Source of the DNA: Octopus sinensis
Taxonomy: Eukaryota
Direction: 5' to 3'
DNA: 64,000 nt
Assembly: GCF_006345805.1 (NCBI RefSeq)
Contig: NC_043006.1
Location: forward strand, 21,142,001-21,206,000
Position numbers and translations under genes: made by a program
The notes under the pieces: model-generated
Databases searched by the model: none
What the model was told of the DNA's origin: nothing
What the model saw: only the letters and a program-made list of their open reading frames with translations
In this document: one piece after another, positions 51,840 to 64,000 of the stretch
How the letters are laid out: each line of letters opens with the position of its first letter
How positions within the stretch are numbered: the first letter of the stretch is position 1

Positions 51840-54800
51840 GAGAACACCGGGGACGTTTAAGATGTAAGGGAGAACACCGGGGACGTTTAAGATGTAAGAA
51901 GGAAAATACAGAGCTCCGAAATCTATCCACAAACATCGAAAACAAGGACACCCTATGGAGCCAAAGATTTACTAACAAAGAATTGGACTATATCCGAGTA
52001 AGTAATACTAATTGAAATTTATTACTATTTTCGAAACGAAATGATGTATTTTGACTCGATATTATCTCCACCTCTAACACAACACATGTAAACATGCGTG
52101 GAACAACACGATCATCCCCGACCTCAAACACCATGTACAAAGGAACTACGAGGAAATTAAATGCCACCGATACTATTCAACCCAAGAATAACAATCGAGC
52201 GGTACGTACATTAAACTTACAACAAAAAATGTACGAAAAACTACACGTGCGAAATAATGTGACAACAGAAATAAACGGACCGGTACCCTACGAAAATGAC
52301 GACCGTCAAAATAATGGGCCGGACGTTGTACCTCATGTCCCGCAAATAAAACCCAAAAGACGTAAATGGACACGTGAGGAATACATTTCTATCTTACACG
52401 CATACTTCACAGCAATGCTCTACCCAAAAAATGAAAATACAACAACACATACATATAAAATATGGAAGGAAAATAATAGAGATATAGACTTGGATACAGC
52501 AATGAACCCTAATAAATTAGCTAACGTACGAAGATACATTCTCAAAGCCAAAAGAATATCAGAAATAGAAATAGAACATTTAAAAGAAAAAATACACCAG
52601 GAAAATGTAGATAGAAGCCACACAACAATGCCCAATAATATAAACACTGAAACTGTAAAACACGAAGACAAACGCAACATTCCCAACAAACACGATGTAA
52701 ACAACGAAGGGGAGCCTAATGATTATGATAATATAAAAAATAAAATAATCAAAGAACTGAAAACCACAGAGCCCAAAATAGACCACCGACCATACCTCCC
52801 AAGAATAAAAATAAACGCAATAACAACACCAATTATAAACAACATAAACCTAGCCGTCACTGAACTAGCCACTGAAACAAAAAAAAGTGATATCACTGAA
52901 CTAAATGACTTGATATACGCAGCAGCCACTGCAGCCACAAAAGAAGCTGGATACTCACCCAAACCCGTCCAAACAGGAGTACCACCACCCAAACAAACCC
53001 TGTGGATAAATAACATCCAAAACAAACTAAAAAAAAATTAGAAAAGACCTGTCGATTCTTAATGAAATCAGCAAACAAGCAACGCTACTGAGCAACAAAA
53101 AGAGAACAAAAATACTCCGCAAATATAACATCACAGAGAAAGATTTGCCTGAAATAAAAGAAAAGCTGAAGCAAGATATCCTTGCCAAAGCTCAAAGGAT
53201 CCGCCGGTACGAGAAACGCCAACGCTTCTTTGAACAGAACAAAAAGTTCAACTCCAACCCCAAAAAGTTCTACCAAGAACTGGGAAAAAACAAAATAGAA
53301 GTCACTGCAGCACCAACAAGTAGAAGAATTGGAAGAATTCTGGAGAGAAATATGGTCGGCGAACGAACAGCCAAAAAAAGGAGTATCGAATAACAAACTC
53401 GGCATCTGAACAACTTGGACCCCCATAACAACTGAAGAGGTCACCCAGGCACTGCAAAAACTAAGCAACTGGAAGGCACCTGGGCATGACAAGATCCCCA
53501 ACTTTTGGTTGAAATATCTAACAGGAATGCACAAAAAGCTGGCTGAAAACTTTAACAGCATACTAGCATAGCCAGAGACAATGCCTGAATGGCTCACGAA
53601 GGGGAAAACTATCTTAATTCCCAAATCAAATGAAACAACAAAACCAGAAAACTACAGACCAATAACCTGCCTCCCTACTATGTTCAAGGCATTTACTGCA
53701 GTGATATCGCAAAGGCTGAACAAGCACCTGGACGAAAACAAACTGTTCCCAGAAGAGCAGAAAGGATGCCGCAAAGGCTCATATGGCTGTAAAGATCAAC
53801 TAATGATTAATAAAGCCGTAACTGAAGACAGCCACAGAAAGAAGAAAGGCCTCAGTATGGCCTGGATTGACTACAAAAAGGCGTTTGATAGCATCCCCCA
53901 CACATGGATCCTCGAAACACTAGCCATTAACAAAGTAGCACCAACAATCATAAAATTCATAGAGCACTCTATGAATAAATGGCAAACAGTCCTACACCTC
54001 CAAACAAAAGAGGGACTCATGAAAACCAAATACACATCCCCATTAGAAGAGGAATATTCCAGGGAGACACGCTCTCTCCACTCCTTTTCTGCTTGGCACT
54101 GTCACCTCTATCTGATATGCTAAATAGAACTGGATGCGGATATAAATGTTACGGCAAAACAATCAGCCACCTTTTATATATGGATGACCTAAAACTATAC
54201 GCTGCAAATGACAAACAGCTGGAAACACTATTAAAGACAGTTCATGGATTTACCAAAGAAATAGATATGAAATTTGGATTAGAAAAATGCGCCAAAGTAA
54301 CCATGAAAAGAGGAAAACTAGTTAAGAGTAACAACATCACACTAGATAAAACCAATGAAATAAAAGAATTAGACCAAAGCCAAACTTACAAATACTTAGG
54401 AATCCATGAACTAGATAAGACACAACACACACACAAATGAAAGAGAAAATAAAAAAGAATATTATAGACGAGTTAGATCAATACTAAAAACAGAGCTCAA
54501 TGCTAAAAACAAGATAATAGGTATCAACACTTTAGCTGTCCCAGTTATAAGTTACAGCTACAATATCCTTAACTGGACACGAAATGAACTGTCCAAAATA
54601 GATAGGAAAACAAGAAAAATACTGACAGGATCTAGGATGCATCACCCAAAATCTGACATAGAAAGACTATATATACAACGTATAGAAGGTGGTAGAGGCC
54701 TTATACAGCTGGAAAACTACTATAAAATACCACCATAGGACTGCAAAAATACCTACTTCAGAAGGAAGGAAAACTGATCCAGATAGCAGCAAAACACGAG

Positions 54801-55820
54801 CAAAACAAAAAACTGTTCTCAGTATTTAAGGAAGCTGACAAATACAAACAAGAAATCATACCACCTAATAAACAAAGAAGAAGAAGAAAAAGATGATGAA
54901 GAAAAACAAAAAATAAAAAACAATGAAATCCAAACTAAAAATAGAACAGCAACGAGCCATGATAAAACGATGGCAAGAAAAGCCCCTTCATGGTAAATAC
55001 TGCACTAAACTAAACGCAAAAGAAAGGACAAAGAAAAATCCCAGCAATGGTTGAGAAGCTCAGGACTCAAAGCAGAAACAGAGGGATTTTTAATTGCAGC
55101 ACAAGACCAAAGCCTCCCCACCAGAAATTACCAAAAACATGTAATGAAAAGAAATATTTCAAGTAACTGCAGAATATGTGGAGATGGACAAGAAACAATA
55201 AATCATATTATCTCTAGCTGCCCAGTCCTGGCTAAGAAGGAATATATTCACAGACATGACAGAGTTGGAACCTACATACATTGGAAGCTATGCCAACATT
55301 ATGGAATAACAACAGAAAAAAGATGGTATAGGCACACACCAGAAAAGGTCACAGAAAACGAGAAAGCAACCATATGCCGATACACACAGATAGAGAAATT
55401 AAGGCCAACAGACCAGATATAGTTGTCAGAGATCATGAAGAAAAAAAATGCTTTCTAATTGATGTATCAATACCGGCAGATGACAACGTGTCCTTAAAAG
55501 AAATGGAGAAACTCTCAAAATACAAAGACCTGGAAATAGAGGTAACTAGAATGTGAACCTGAAAACAGAAACAATTCCTATCATAGTAGGTGCATTAGGC
55601 ATGATAAAAAAATATTCAGACAAATACATAACAAAAACCACAGACTTACAAACACATATAACATACAGAAAAATTGCACTACTAGGCACTGCACACATCC
55701 TACGCAGAACACTTTCCATACAATAACCATCAGAGCATCACAACAAATCACAGCACATACCCAAGGCACACAGAGCTGCGCTCGGTAGTGAAGTGAAAGC
55801 ACGCTATAAAAATAAAACTA

Positions 55821-55823
<3 letters not shown>
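51840..55823 (+). mobile_element. Apparently full-length R4/Dong-clade non-LTR retrotransposon inserted in (AAT)n
   Basis: Single long broken ORF with RT, CCHC finger and RLE; (AAT)n flanks at 51781-51839 and 55824-55895. Confidence 0.9.
52094..55726 (+). pseudogene. RT-RLE polyprotein pseudogene (several frameshifts and stops)
   Basis: KWTREE N-terminus; PGHDKI, NYRPITCL, EQKGC, WIDYKKAFDS, RGIFQGDTLSPLLF, HLLYMDDLK; CRICG...HIISSC; RPDIVV...IDV...KYKDL. Confidence 0.95.
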
Positions 55824-55896
<73 letters not shown>

Positions 55897-56799
55897 GTTT
55901 TAAATTTAGGCACAAGTCAGCTACTTTGAGAGCAGCGTGTTAGTGGAAAATAAATATAATACTGGCCTCATAATTTCAACTGTTTAAATAAATAAAAACA
56001 CTCATCATTAGGCTTGTACGAAAATGACAATGTGAAAATACCTAGACATCAATCTGTGCAGTAGATGAACAAGATAATGGCTATTTATATTAAATATAGT
56101 ATATAGAGGTTTCAGAAACTTTAAAGTTTGTAATATATCTTGGAGTATAATTTTAACTAATGGATTATATAATAGGAAATAATAAATAGTTATTCTTGCA
56201 GTTTTCTTTTACCAGCATCGCAGATTTAAGCGCAAAGTTCTTGAGTGTTATAACATACATTAGTGAAGTGTGTTGACATACGTTATAATATACAATAACT
56301 TGGTATGCTTAGTTAATAATTTCATACGTAATTGTGGTTACAGCACCGAACAAGTATAGCATATTATTATCGTTATTTACTTTTAATCTGCATGTTTGTT
56401 ACAGTCACTTGCCGAGACACCGGGTGAAGGATAAGAGAGAATACAGTATGACTAAGAAATTGGGGAGAAGTGGCAGTTGTAGTAGCGAAATATCTTCATG
56501 TAATACAACACAGACATTCAAATTGATAGGGTTTTTCTAAGGGTGAGGGACAGCACTTGTCAGCACAATCTTTCGGATTTCTCTGAGACATGGTTCTCCT
56601 GGGAAGTCTAGCTGTTTCTGACATCCGAGGGTAACTATAATAACAGGAACAGTCCTTGCTCTAAGATACCAGATCTTCTGCATTTTAATTCCTAGATCCT
56701 TATATTTACTGAATTTGTCAAATTATTTTACAGATGTATTTTTATCAGTGATAATTCTTACACCTATTAATCTACAAGTATTCTCTTTCTTGTCTTTTA

Positions 56800-56853
<54 letters not shown>

Positions 56854-56854
<1 letters not shown>

Positions 56855-57372
56855 GAGTGAGAGAGCAGTGCATGTCATCAAAGTGACACTGGGGTAAAAT
56901 ATACGAAGCCCAGTATACCCATCATGACTACCCGTCTGATAAGGGTACACCAGGCACATGCATCACAATCATATGTGCGCGACATGGTGATCTCATATCA
57001 AGATAAACAGCACATGACCTTCCAGGTGGAGCCCAGTTAGAATTTTCTTCTGGTCGGGTAACCCATCCCGCTCAAAAGGTCCCTGAATAAGGGTTGTTTA
57101 AGGATGTTGAACGAAACGCCCATGTTTCCAGAGGTGAATTATTCAAACCCCAAAGAATCCCTCTCAACACATGGTTATGATGCTCCCCAATAACTTCTAC
57201 TCGTGATCATAGATGCACATATCGTCAGCCATTAAGGGACATGCTCACATGGTTAAGGTCAAGCAACTGACAAGCAAATCTGTGGTATTGAGCAGAATAT
57301 TTGCTGTAGCCCATCCTTTATACCAGTACAAAACACTTCCAATCTGTTAAGATCAGAAGCCATGAGGGCCCC
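56854..57372. mobile_element. Non-coding interspersed-type element flanked on both sides by (TTA)n
   Basis: ~520 bp of complex sequence between (TTA)n tracts at 56802-56853 and 57373-57430; no recognisable ORF. Confidence 0.55.
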
Positions 57373-57434
<62 letters not shown>

Positions 57435-57627
57435 CAAAATAGACATCTGTGTGTGTGTATTCGCCTTTCCCGCGAAAACAACTGCACGAATTGGTTTCAT
57501 GCTTGGGTTGCATGAATTTATTTGACCCCGATATATAATAGGGTCGTCACTGAATTTTTTTATTAAAAACTAATAATATTGCAATAATAAATCTCAGAGA
57601 GTTATAAACAGTAGCTACAACACATCG

Positions 57628-57822
57628 TGACGTACATTTGCCATTTAAATATGGCTAACCCCTAAGGGTGGATGCTACTGTAGTTTGTAGCCCCAGGCGG
57701 ACACCTCCTCCAGCTGGCCATAGACACACTGATAGGGCACAGAAGGTGTCCTCCTGGGGCTACAAACTACGGTAGCGTCCACCCTTAGGGGTTAGCCATA
57801 TTTAAATGGCAAATATACGTCA
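57628..57822. repeat. Inverted repeat, 79-bp arms, same family as 1122-1647
   Basis: TTGCCATTTAAATATGGCTAACC...GTAGCCCCAGG arms; upstream AATAATAAATCTCAGAGAGTTATAAACAG. Confidence 0.9.
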
Positions 57823-58305
57823 TAATGATATTGCTTTGTATATATAATTCACTTCTTTAAAAAGGATTTTCAGTATCAACTTTCGGTATTGATGTAGCGA
57901 TTACCTAAATAATATTAATTCGTTACAGCGAAATTTTCGTTTGTTTTTCGAAATCTCTCATATTTTCATCACGCATTTTCATTTTCCTTCGCTGTTTGCA
58001 AAGAACTACGATAAACTACTGAAAGAAATATTTACTAAGAAGAAAGTGAGATTTTTTATAAATTGAAGTTTTCAAGAAAATTTACTTTTTTGAATTTTCA
58101 TTTTATTATTGAATATTTCAAGTTCATAAATTCAAATATTCGGTACAAGTTTTCAACGAGCTTTTATTTATACGATTTTTCTTCATTTCGTGTATATTTC
58201 ATTCATTTTTTGCGTAGTTCTTTTCCTCCCGTTCCCTCTTTCTCACATACACACTGTCTCTCTAATATAAAACACACACACACATTGTCTCTGTAATATA
58301 AACAC

Positions 58306-58353
<48 letters not shown>

Positions 58354-58398
58354 CACACACACACACTGTGTTTGATTTTGTTATTAGACAAATATGTT

Positions 58399-58808
58399 GG
58401 AGGTGGCTGTGTGGTAAGTAGCCTGTTTACCAACCACATGGTTCCGGGTTCAGTCCCACTGCGTGGCACCTTGGGAAAGTGACTTCTACTATAGCCTCGG
58501 GCCTACCAAAAAAGCCTTGTGAGTGGATTTCGTAGACGGAAACTGAAAGAAGCCCGTCGTATATATGTATATATGTATGTGTGTGTGTGTGTTTGTGTGT
58601 CTGTATTTGTCCCCCTAGCATTGCTTGACAATCGATGCTGGTGAGTTTATGTCCCCGTAACTTAGCGGTTCGGCAAAAGAGACTGATAGAATAAGTACTG
58701 GGCTTACAAAGAATAAGTCCCGGGGTCGAGTTGCTCGATTAAAGACGGTGCTCCAGCATGGCCGCAGTCAAATGACTGAAACAAGTAAAAGAGTAAAGAG
58801 TAAAGAGT
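58399..58808 (+). mobile_element. SINE family B
   Basis: A/B boxes, body and tail as in other B copies. Confidence 0.9.
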
Positions 58809-58993
58809 AAATATAACATTACGATTTTGCAATTCAACATGGGGCGTCCCAAAAAATATGCCCTTCTTTCGTTTGAAACCGCACACTTCATTAATTCCCA
58901 TAACAGTTTTGTGCGCCATGTTCAACTCTATGTAGTTGGAGTCAGTCACACAAACACACACAGGTTTTTTTTTGTATGTATGCTTGTATATAT

Positions 58994-59904
58994 TGTTGTG
59001 AGTTCAATTTAAGGACAGTTGGTTGCGACCTACTTTTGGAATAAACCCATTGTTCTGTCAGATTCACGAAAGACTGATGGCTTTTGGAAGGACCCCTCCC
59101 CTTGTGCCGGTCAAGGAAAGTTCGAGGAAACCCCTTAAAAAGCATGGAGATGTGAGTCTGTTAGTCAGTCGAAGACAGAGCAAGTGAGTAACAGGTTGTT
59201 TCTGCTATGAGAGATGAAAGGCAGTTGGCAGTTGGGATTCATCGAGTTAGCAGTTGTTGTTCTGCTGTGACGGTAACTGGAAGAGGAAAATAGGCAGATG
59301 GGATTACGGCCTGAGGCGGCGACGGCGTAAGGAAAGACAGACAGATAGTATTACGGAGCTAGGAGAGGGACTACCGCGTAAGGCATTGGCTGTTGTTACG
59401 GTATGTGGTATTTATGTTCAGAATTGTTGTGGAAAGGAAATGCTAAAGAATTGAACAATGTGAATTGAGTAAAGGACTTGTTGATGTGTTGATTATTGAG
59501 TTGTGTTACTTATGCAAAAGAAAGAGAGGAAAAGAAAGACTTTGATGTAGTCTTTAAAGACTTTAAAGAACTGTGAACGTTATTTGTTTTAATTGGATTT
59601 GAACATTGATTTGTAACGTGAATTGATCTGATATGAACAGTTTATAATGTATTGATTTGTTTGAGTCGACGTGTATATTGTATCTGCATGTTTAAATGCT
59701 TTGATCTGTTGTATACCTGTTTCTTGCATGTGTTTTCTTTAAATGTATTTGATGATCTAATAATTGTTATAAACTAGTTGTTAAATGTAGCCGATTGCCT
59801 TTGTGTCTCTCTGTGTGGTCTCTTCATGCTGTTTGTTGTCGTCGTTCTCTCCGGAGGTGGTTGCCGGTCGCCGCTGCCATCCCCCACCGTTTACTTGCAT
59901 GACA
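58994..59904. mobile_element. Probable solo LTR
   Basis: TGTTGTG...CATGACA termini with ATATAT on both sides (58988-58993, 59905-59910); 911 bp; no ORF. Confidence 0.55.
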
Positions 59905-61653
59905 ATATATCTTTTTAGTCTGAGTAGTGGTAAGAACTTCTAACTGAAAATGCAGTGTGGGCGCTTCCAAATATTTCGAAGCAAATTTGGTTGGCAATTG
60001 TGAATATATCAACTCAGATTGTAAAACCAGGTCTTTTTTTTATCATACTGGTAAACAGACATTTTCTAAGAATGTCGGATGCATTTTGGCTGCTACGGCC
60101 AACGAGGAATTATGGTACCATCACCACCATTGTCACTACTGCCACTGCCAAGAAGGGCAGCACTTTTTCAGACACTGTTGCCTCCAACAAGAAACCCATT
60201 TCCTGGGTTACGAACTGATTCGCAAATAAACAAGCCTCCGTTTGCGGCAGGGTCTGTTTGGTAGTCAAACTAATTGTTTGGGTCACATGCTAGATCCATC
60301 ACGTGTGTCTCCTTGTATTGTTCTTGTATGTTTGCTTTCTTGAAGTTATGTAGAGTATTTGAGTAGCATCTCAATCAACTTCAGGTGTGTTGGTACATAT
60401 GACTGACATCACTGCGATGATGTCGGTCGCATCAGATATCGAAGAAGCCTGCCCCTTATCTAAAGAAATCTGAGGACGTAGCAGGAGCACACATTGACCA
60501 TAACAAGTTTGTAGGCCTGCAAATCGGCAGTTGGACATGCAAGTCTACATAGGCCCCGATGGTGAAGTTAGAGATTTTGAGGTCTGATTCCGTCTAGCAG
60601 ACAGGGTGAGTATCCCGGCAGCTTGCCAGTCCTAGAAAATGGCAGAAATGAAACTATTTGAGAAAGACTGTAAGGTGGTGAATGCCTACACCGTCTGCAC
60701 TGCATATATCTGCATTACTGATATTACTAGCACCAGTTCACAACTGACCACAGTGTAACGTGCAATCTTTCGGGTATTGCTGAAGAGGCATGTGGCACTT
60801 AGAATGCCTATCTACTACCAACATTCTCTCTTCAATTGTCCCGTAGACTATGATTGATGACGGGTCGGTTATTTACTGGGTCATCTTTTCTTGTCAATCA
60901 TTGTTGTTCCGGTTTATTAGGGATGGTCATAAAGAATAACTTCATTCTCCTGCGGAATCTATCAGGTAAACAATGACCAATAGCCTTGAATAACTTTGCA
61001 GAAAAGAAAAACAATAACAAAATAAAATAAAACAGTATTTTCAAATCATCGAAATTGTTTAAAATACGTCTCTAATCACAATCTGTAATATTTTAAAGAA
61101 AATGCGTTGCTAATTTTTTTATTGTTTGTTTCTATTATTGCTTTATATAATTACTATTTGTATTGGTTGGCACCCTTTTTGTCTCGGGAGACAATGGAGT
61201 TGCGCATAAAGTAGTCTAGTCTGGCTATTATTGTTGGACTAACATTATTTTCAAAATTGATATTATATTACCCCTATTTTATTGTATATAGTTCTATAGA
61301 AGTTGGGGATTTATTTTTAAAATCTCATATTAAGCATCATAGACAAAACATTTTCCAAAATAATATCATGTGTTTTAAATCTTGTATTTATGGCGATTAT
61401 CCCTTGTTTTACAGATTCCAATTATTTTTATGTGTTAGTTCATTTTTTATGTTATATTTAATTATGAAACAGGATATATTCTACTCATTCATTCTGGAGA
61501 GATTATCTCCTATCATCTAGATCATCTTACTTATATCGTCCTGCACAATGCCTCATGTATGTTTTAACTTAATTTTCAAACCTCTAATCCATGTAGCAAA
61601 ATTCCAATCTTTTGTTGCGATACGTTGTGCAATTAACCCCACATCTTCAAATA

Positions 61654-61935
61654 CTAAAGATAAACAAACATAGAAAATAAAATCAACTCGCATATATCGA
61701 TGAAAATTGATAATGTGTGATGTTGAATATTTCCCTCTGTAAATTGCTTTTGAAATCTCTTAATCTGTGTTGCTATAATGAAAGATGGTATTTCGAAATA
61801 CTGTCTTCTGTTCATAGGAATTACTTTAAATCTGTTATATGTAAACTCATAATCTATTAAAGATATATCATCTGAATTCATATATATCACCAACTTCCTG
61901 TTCAGTTTCTGTAAGATATGACTCAAGTCTATTCT

Positions 61936-61967
<32 letters not shown>

Positions 61968-62028
61968 TAGTACTAGTGGTGGTGGTTGGGGGGTCGTCGT
62001 CATACACGGGTTCTCTGTCACTGTTCAA
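61654..62028 (-). CDS. Candidate coding exon, unknown product
   Basis: 124 open codons in very AT-rich DNA, preceded in phase 0 by the acceptor-like CTTATAG. No homolog recognised. Confidence 0.3.
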
Positions 62029-62895
62029 CTATAAGATATGCCGATATTTTCTATACAAGAAATAACTATACTATTAACATTGTTAGTATAACAGACATTA
62101 CTGTTTCATCGATAAAAATAATATTTTTTTCATTATCACTATGTAGCGGAGTTGGAAAATCGTTTGAGCTCCATACAATATGATTTGTAGAAATTTTAAT
62201 TAAGCAGTTTATCAAATCCTGCCGTGGTTGACTTTACTTTTCGTAATTGCGAGGCCGATAAGATATTTGAAGCGACTTGATTAACCCTCGTCATAAATTG
62301 TGACAGTCGGACGACATCAGAAATCATTATCTTAATAACATCACAACAATTTGTTTCATACATTCTCCTTTACCCATTATATGTTGTAAAATAGAGTTAT
62401 AGCCTCGATTTTCAACTTTATCAACCAGCTTTGGTTTGTGGTTCAGTGCTATCGTACGCGTTTCTGCATGTTTGTTTGATTTCCTAATAAGATTTATTTT
62501 CCTACAAGGATATCGTCGGTATGATGTGAAATATTTATGACGGCCTTGTAATGATATCAGATAACATCTAAATTAATTTCATTCGTACATCATTTGTCTT
62601 GTCACTAGATTAACCGTATTTATATGGCTTGTTCGTTTTGGCAGCATGATTTCTATTAAGAGTTCTTCAATTAAAATGTGTAAACTAATTCGTTTGGAGA
62701 ATCTTCCTATAACGCGAATCAAAAACTGACACAAAGGGAACTAAAATCCGAAATGGATTTTAGTTGGTGATTATAAAACTCCCTATTGGTGCATTCGACC
62801 AAATACACAACCAAGTAAAACTATATTGTTTTATTACCCAAAGCCAGGAACTTTTCAGTACATTCTCGTGTATATATATATATATATATATTATA

Positions 62896-62928
<33 letters not shown>

Positions 62929-63297
62929 TCTACTTATTATACAACATTACTCGTTTATGTATACTTTTTATATACATTCCTTTATATACACTGATTTGTT
63001 CTGCTTTTTATATCTAACCCTACAGTCTCTTACGTGGTGGTTTAATAAAGTATGTGATTGAGTATTATCTGGTAATTGATATTTGATTTAGATGTATTTC
63101 TCCATTTTCTTATCTTCTATTAGTAATTTGTGGTAAATCATTTTACCTTTGCCCATATAATACAGTAAATGAATTAATTGCATCGCAATCATTAACATTT
63201 ATGTAATAATTTTGTTGGGTACTTCACTAGCAGTATATTGGATATATTTAGCCCATGGAGGGTTGCATTTACAACCCCTATCTCAATTTGTATATAT

Positions 63298-63377
<80 letters not shown>

Positions 63378-63521
63378 AAATTTTGAATTTTATATATTTT
63401 TTATTAATTAATTTTATTTCTATGTATTGGTTTATGATTTTCACTGTTTGATTTGCCTAATAGTGGTTTTATCTCTAATTTAATATTGTATATATATATA
63501 TATATATTATATATATATATA

Positions 63522-64000
63522 TGCTTCATAGATTTCACTAAAGCGTTTGATAATGTAAAGCGTCCCTATCATGGAAATTGCTTGAAAGCACAAGAATCAG
63601 CTAGAGATATTAACCAGCTAAAACTCAAGATAATTCAATGGCTTTCGTCAAGACTGATATTGACTCCTCCAGATCAGTCAATTTATTAAAAGGAGTGAAG
63701 TAAGGATATGAACTTTCAACTATACTCCCGTATTGTAATCCCCGATAAACTTTCTAAAACCGAAGATGAATGTCCACCTGGAATCTCAATCAGAGGAACA
63801 TCGCTACTCTCAGTTATACTGATGATATTTTTGCATTTAAAGAACCCTGCCAGAACTTACAATTTTGTGTTGACTTTCTTGCTAAACGCCCTACAGAAGT
63901 CGGACTTCCTATCATCGTATCAAAACCAGATAAACTTAATCCAGACTTCAATCTTATAATATACAGCAAAACAGTAAAGCAAATCATCTACCCGGAACAC
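63522..64000 (+). pseudogene. Non-LTR reverse transcriptase remnant (runs off the window)
   Basis: CFIDFTKAFDNV and LSYTDDIFAF...VGLPI (YADD box). Confidence 0.75.

Noticed and set aside
51840-52090. HDV-like ribozyme in the LINE 5' UTR, as known for R2-group elements
   Set aside because: I could not build the nested double pseudoknot by eye; a descriptor search is needed.
60780-60815. CTGAAGA-GGCAT/ATGCC hairpin
   Set aside because: No GAAA follows the stem, so the hammerhead core is incomplete.
59950-60900. Complex-sequence block with several short ORFs
   Set aside because: No recognisable domain or termini; probably a decayed TE, but unsupported.

Overview
AT-rich, repeat-dominated eukaryotic scaffold with one 100-N gap (22236-22335) and no confidently identifiable host gene. 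Its microsatellite density and three tRNA-headed SINE families match what I recall of octopus (coleoid cephalopod) genomes; this is an inference, not a database result. Content: ~30 SINE copies; a full-length but disabled R4/Dong-clade RLE LINE (51840-55823) stacked with two other Dong-like pieces in one (AAT)n tract; an internally deleted mariner; a decayed Tx1/L1-like LINE; RTE, CR1-like, Merlin and Penelope GIY-YIG remnants; two non-autonomous Helitrons; a probable solo LTR. The most striking unannotated signals are (1) about seven type-I hammerhead-ribozyme folds with palindromic or near-palindromic stem III, mostly on short fragments next to (TA)n tracts (probably Penelope-type termini), including a head-to-head pair on both strands of one palindrome, and (2) seven long inverted repeats (arms ~75-200 bp) from six unrelated sequences. 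Hammerheads in Penelope-like elements are known in general, so any novelty would lie in these particular variants. Most ORFs in the supplied track are simple-repeat translations.
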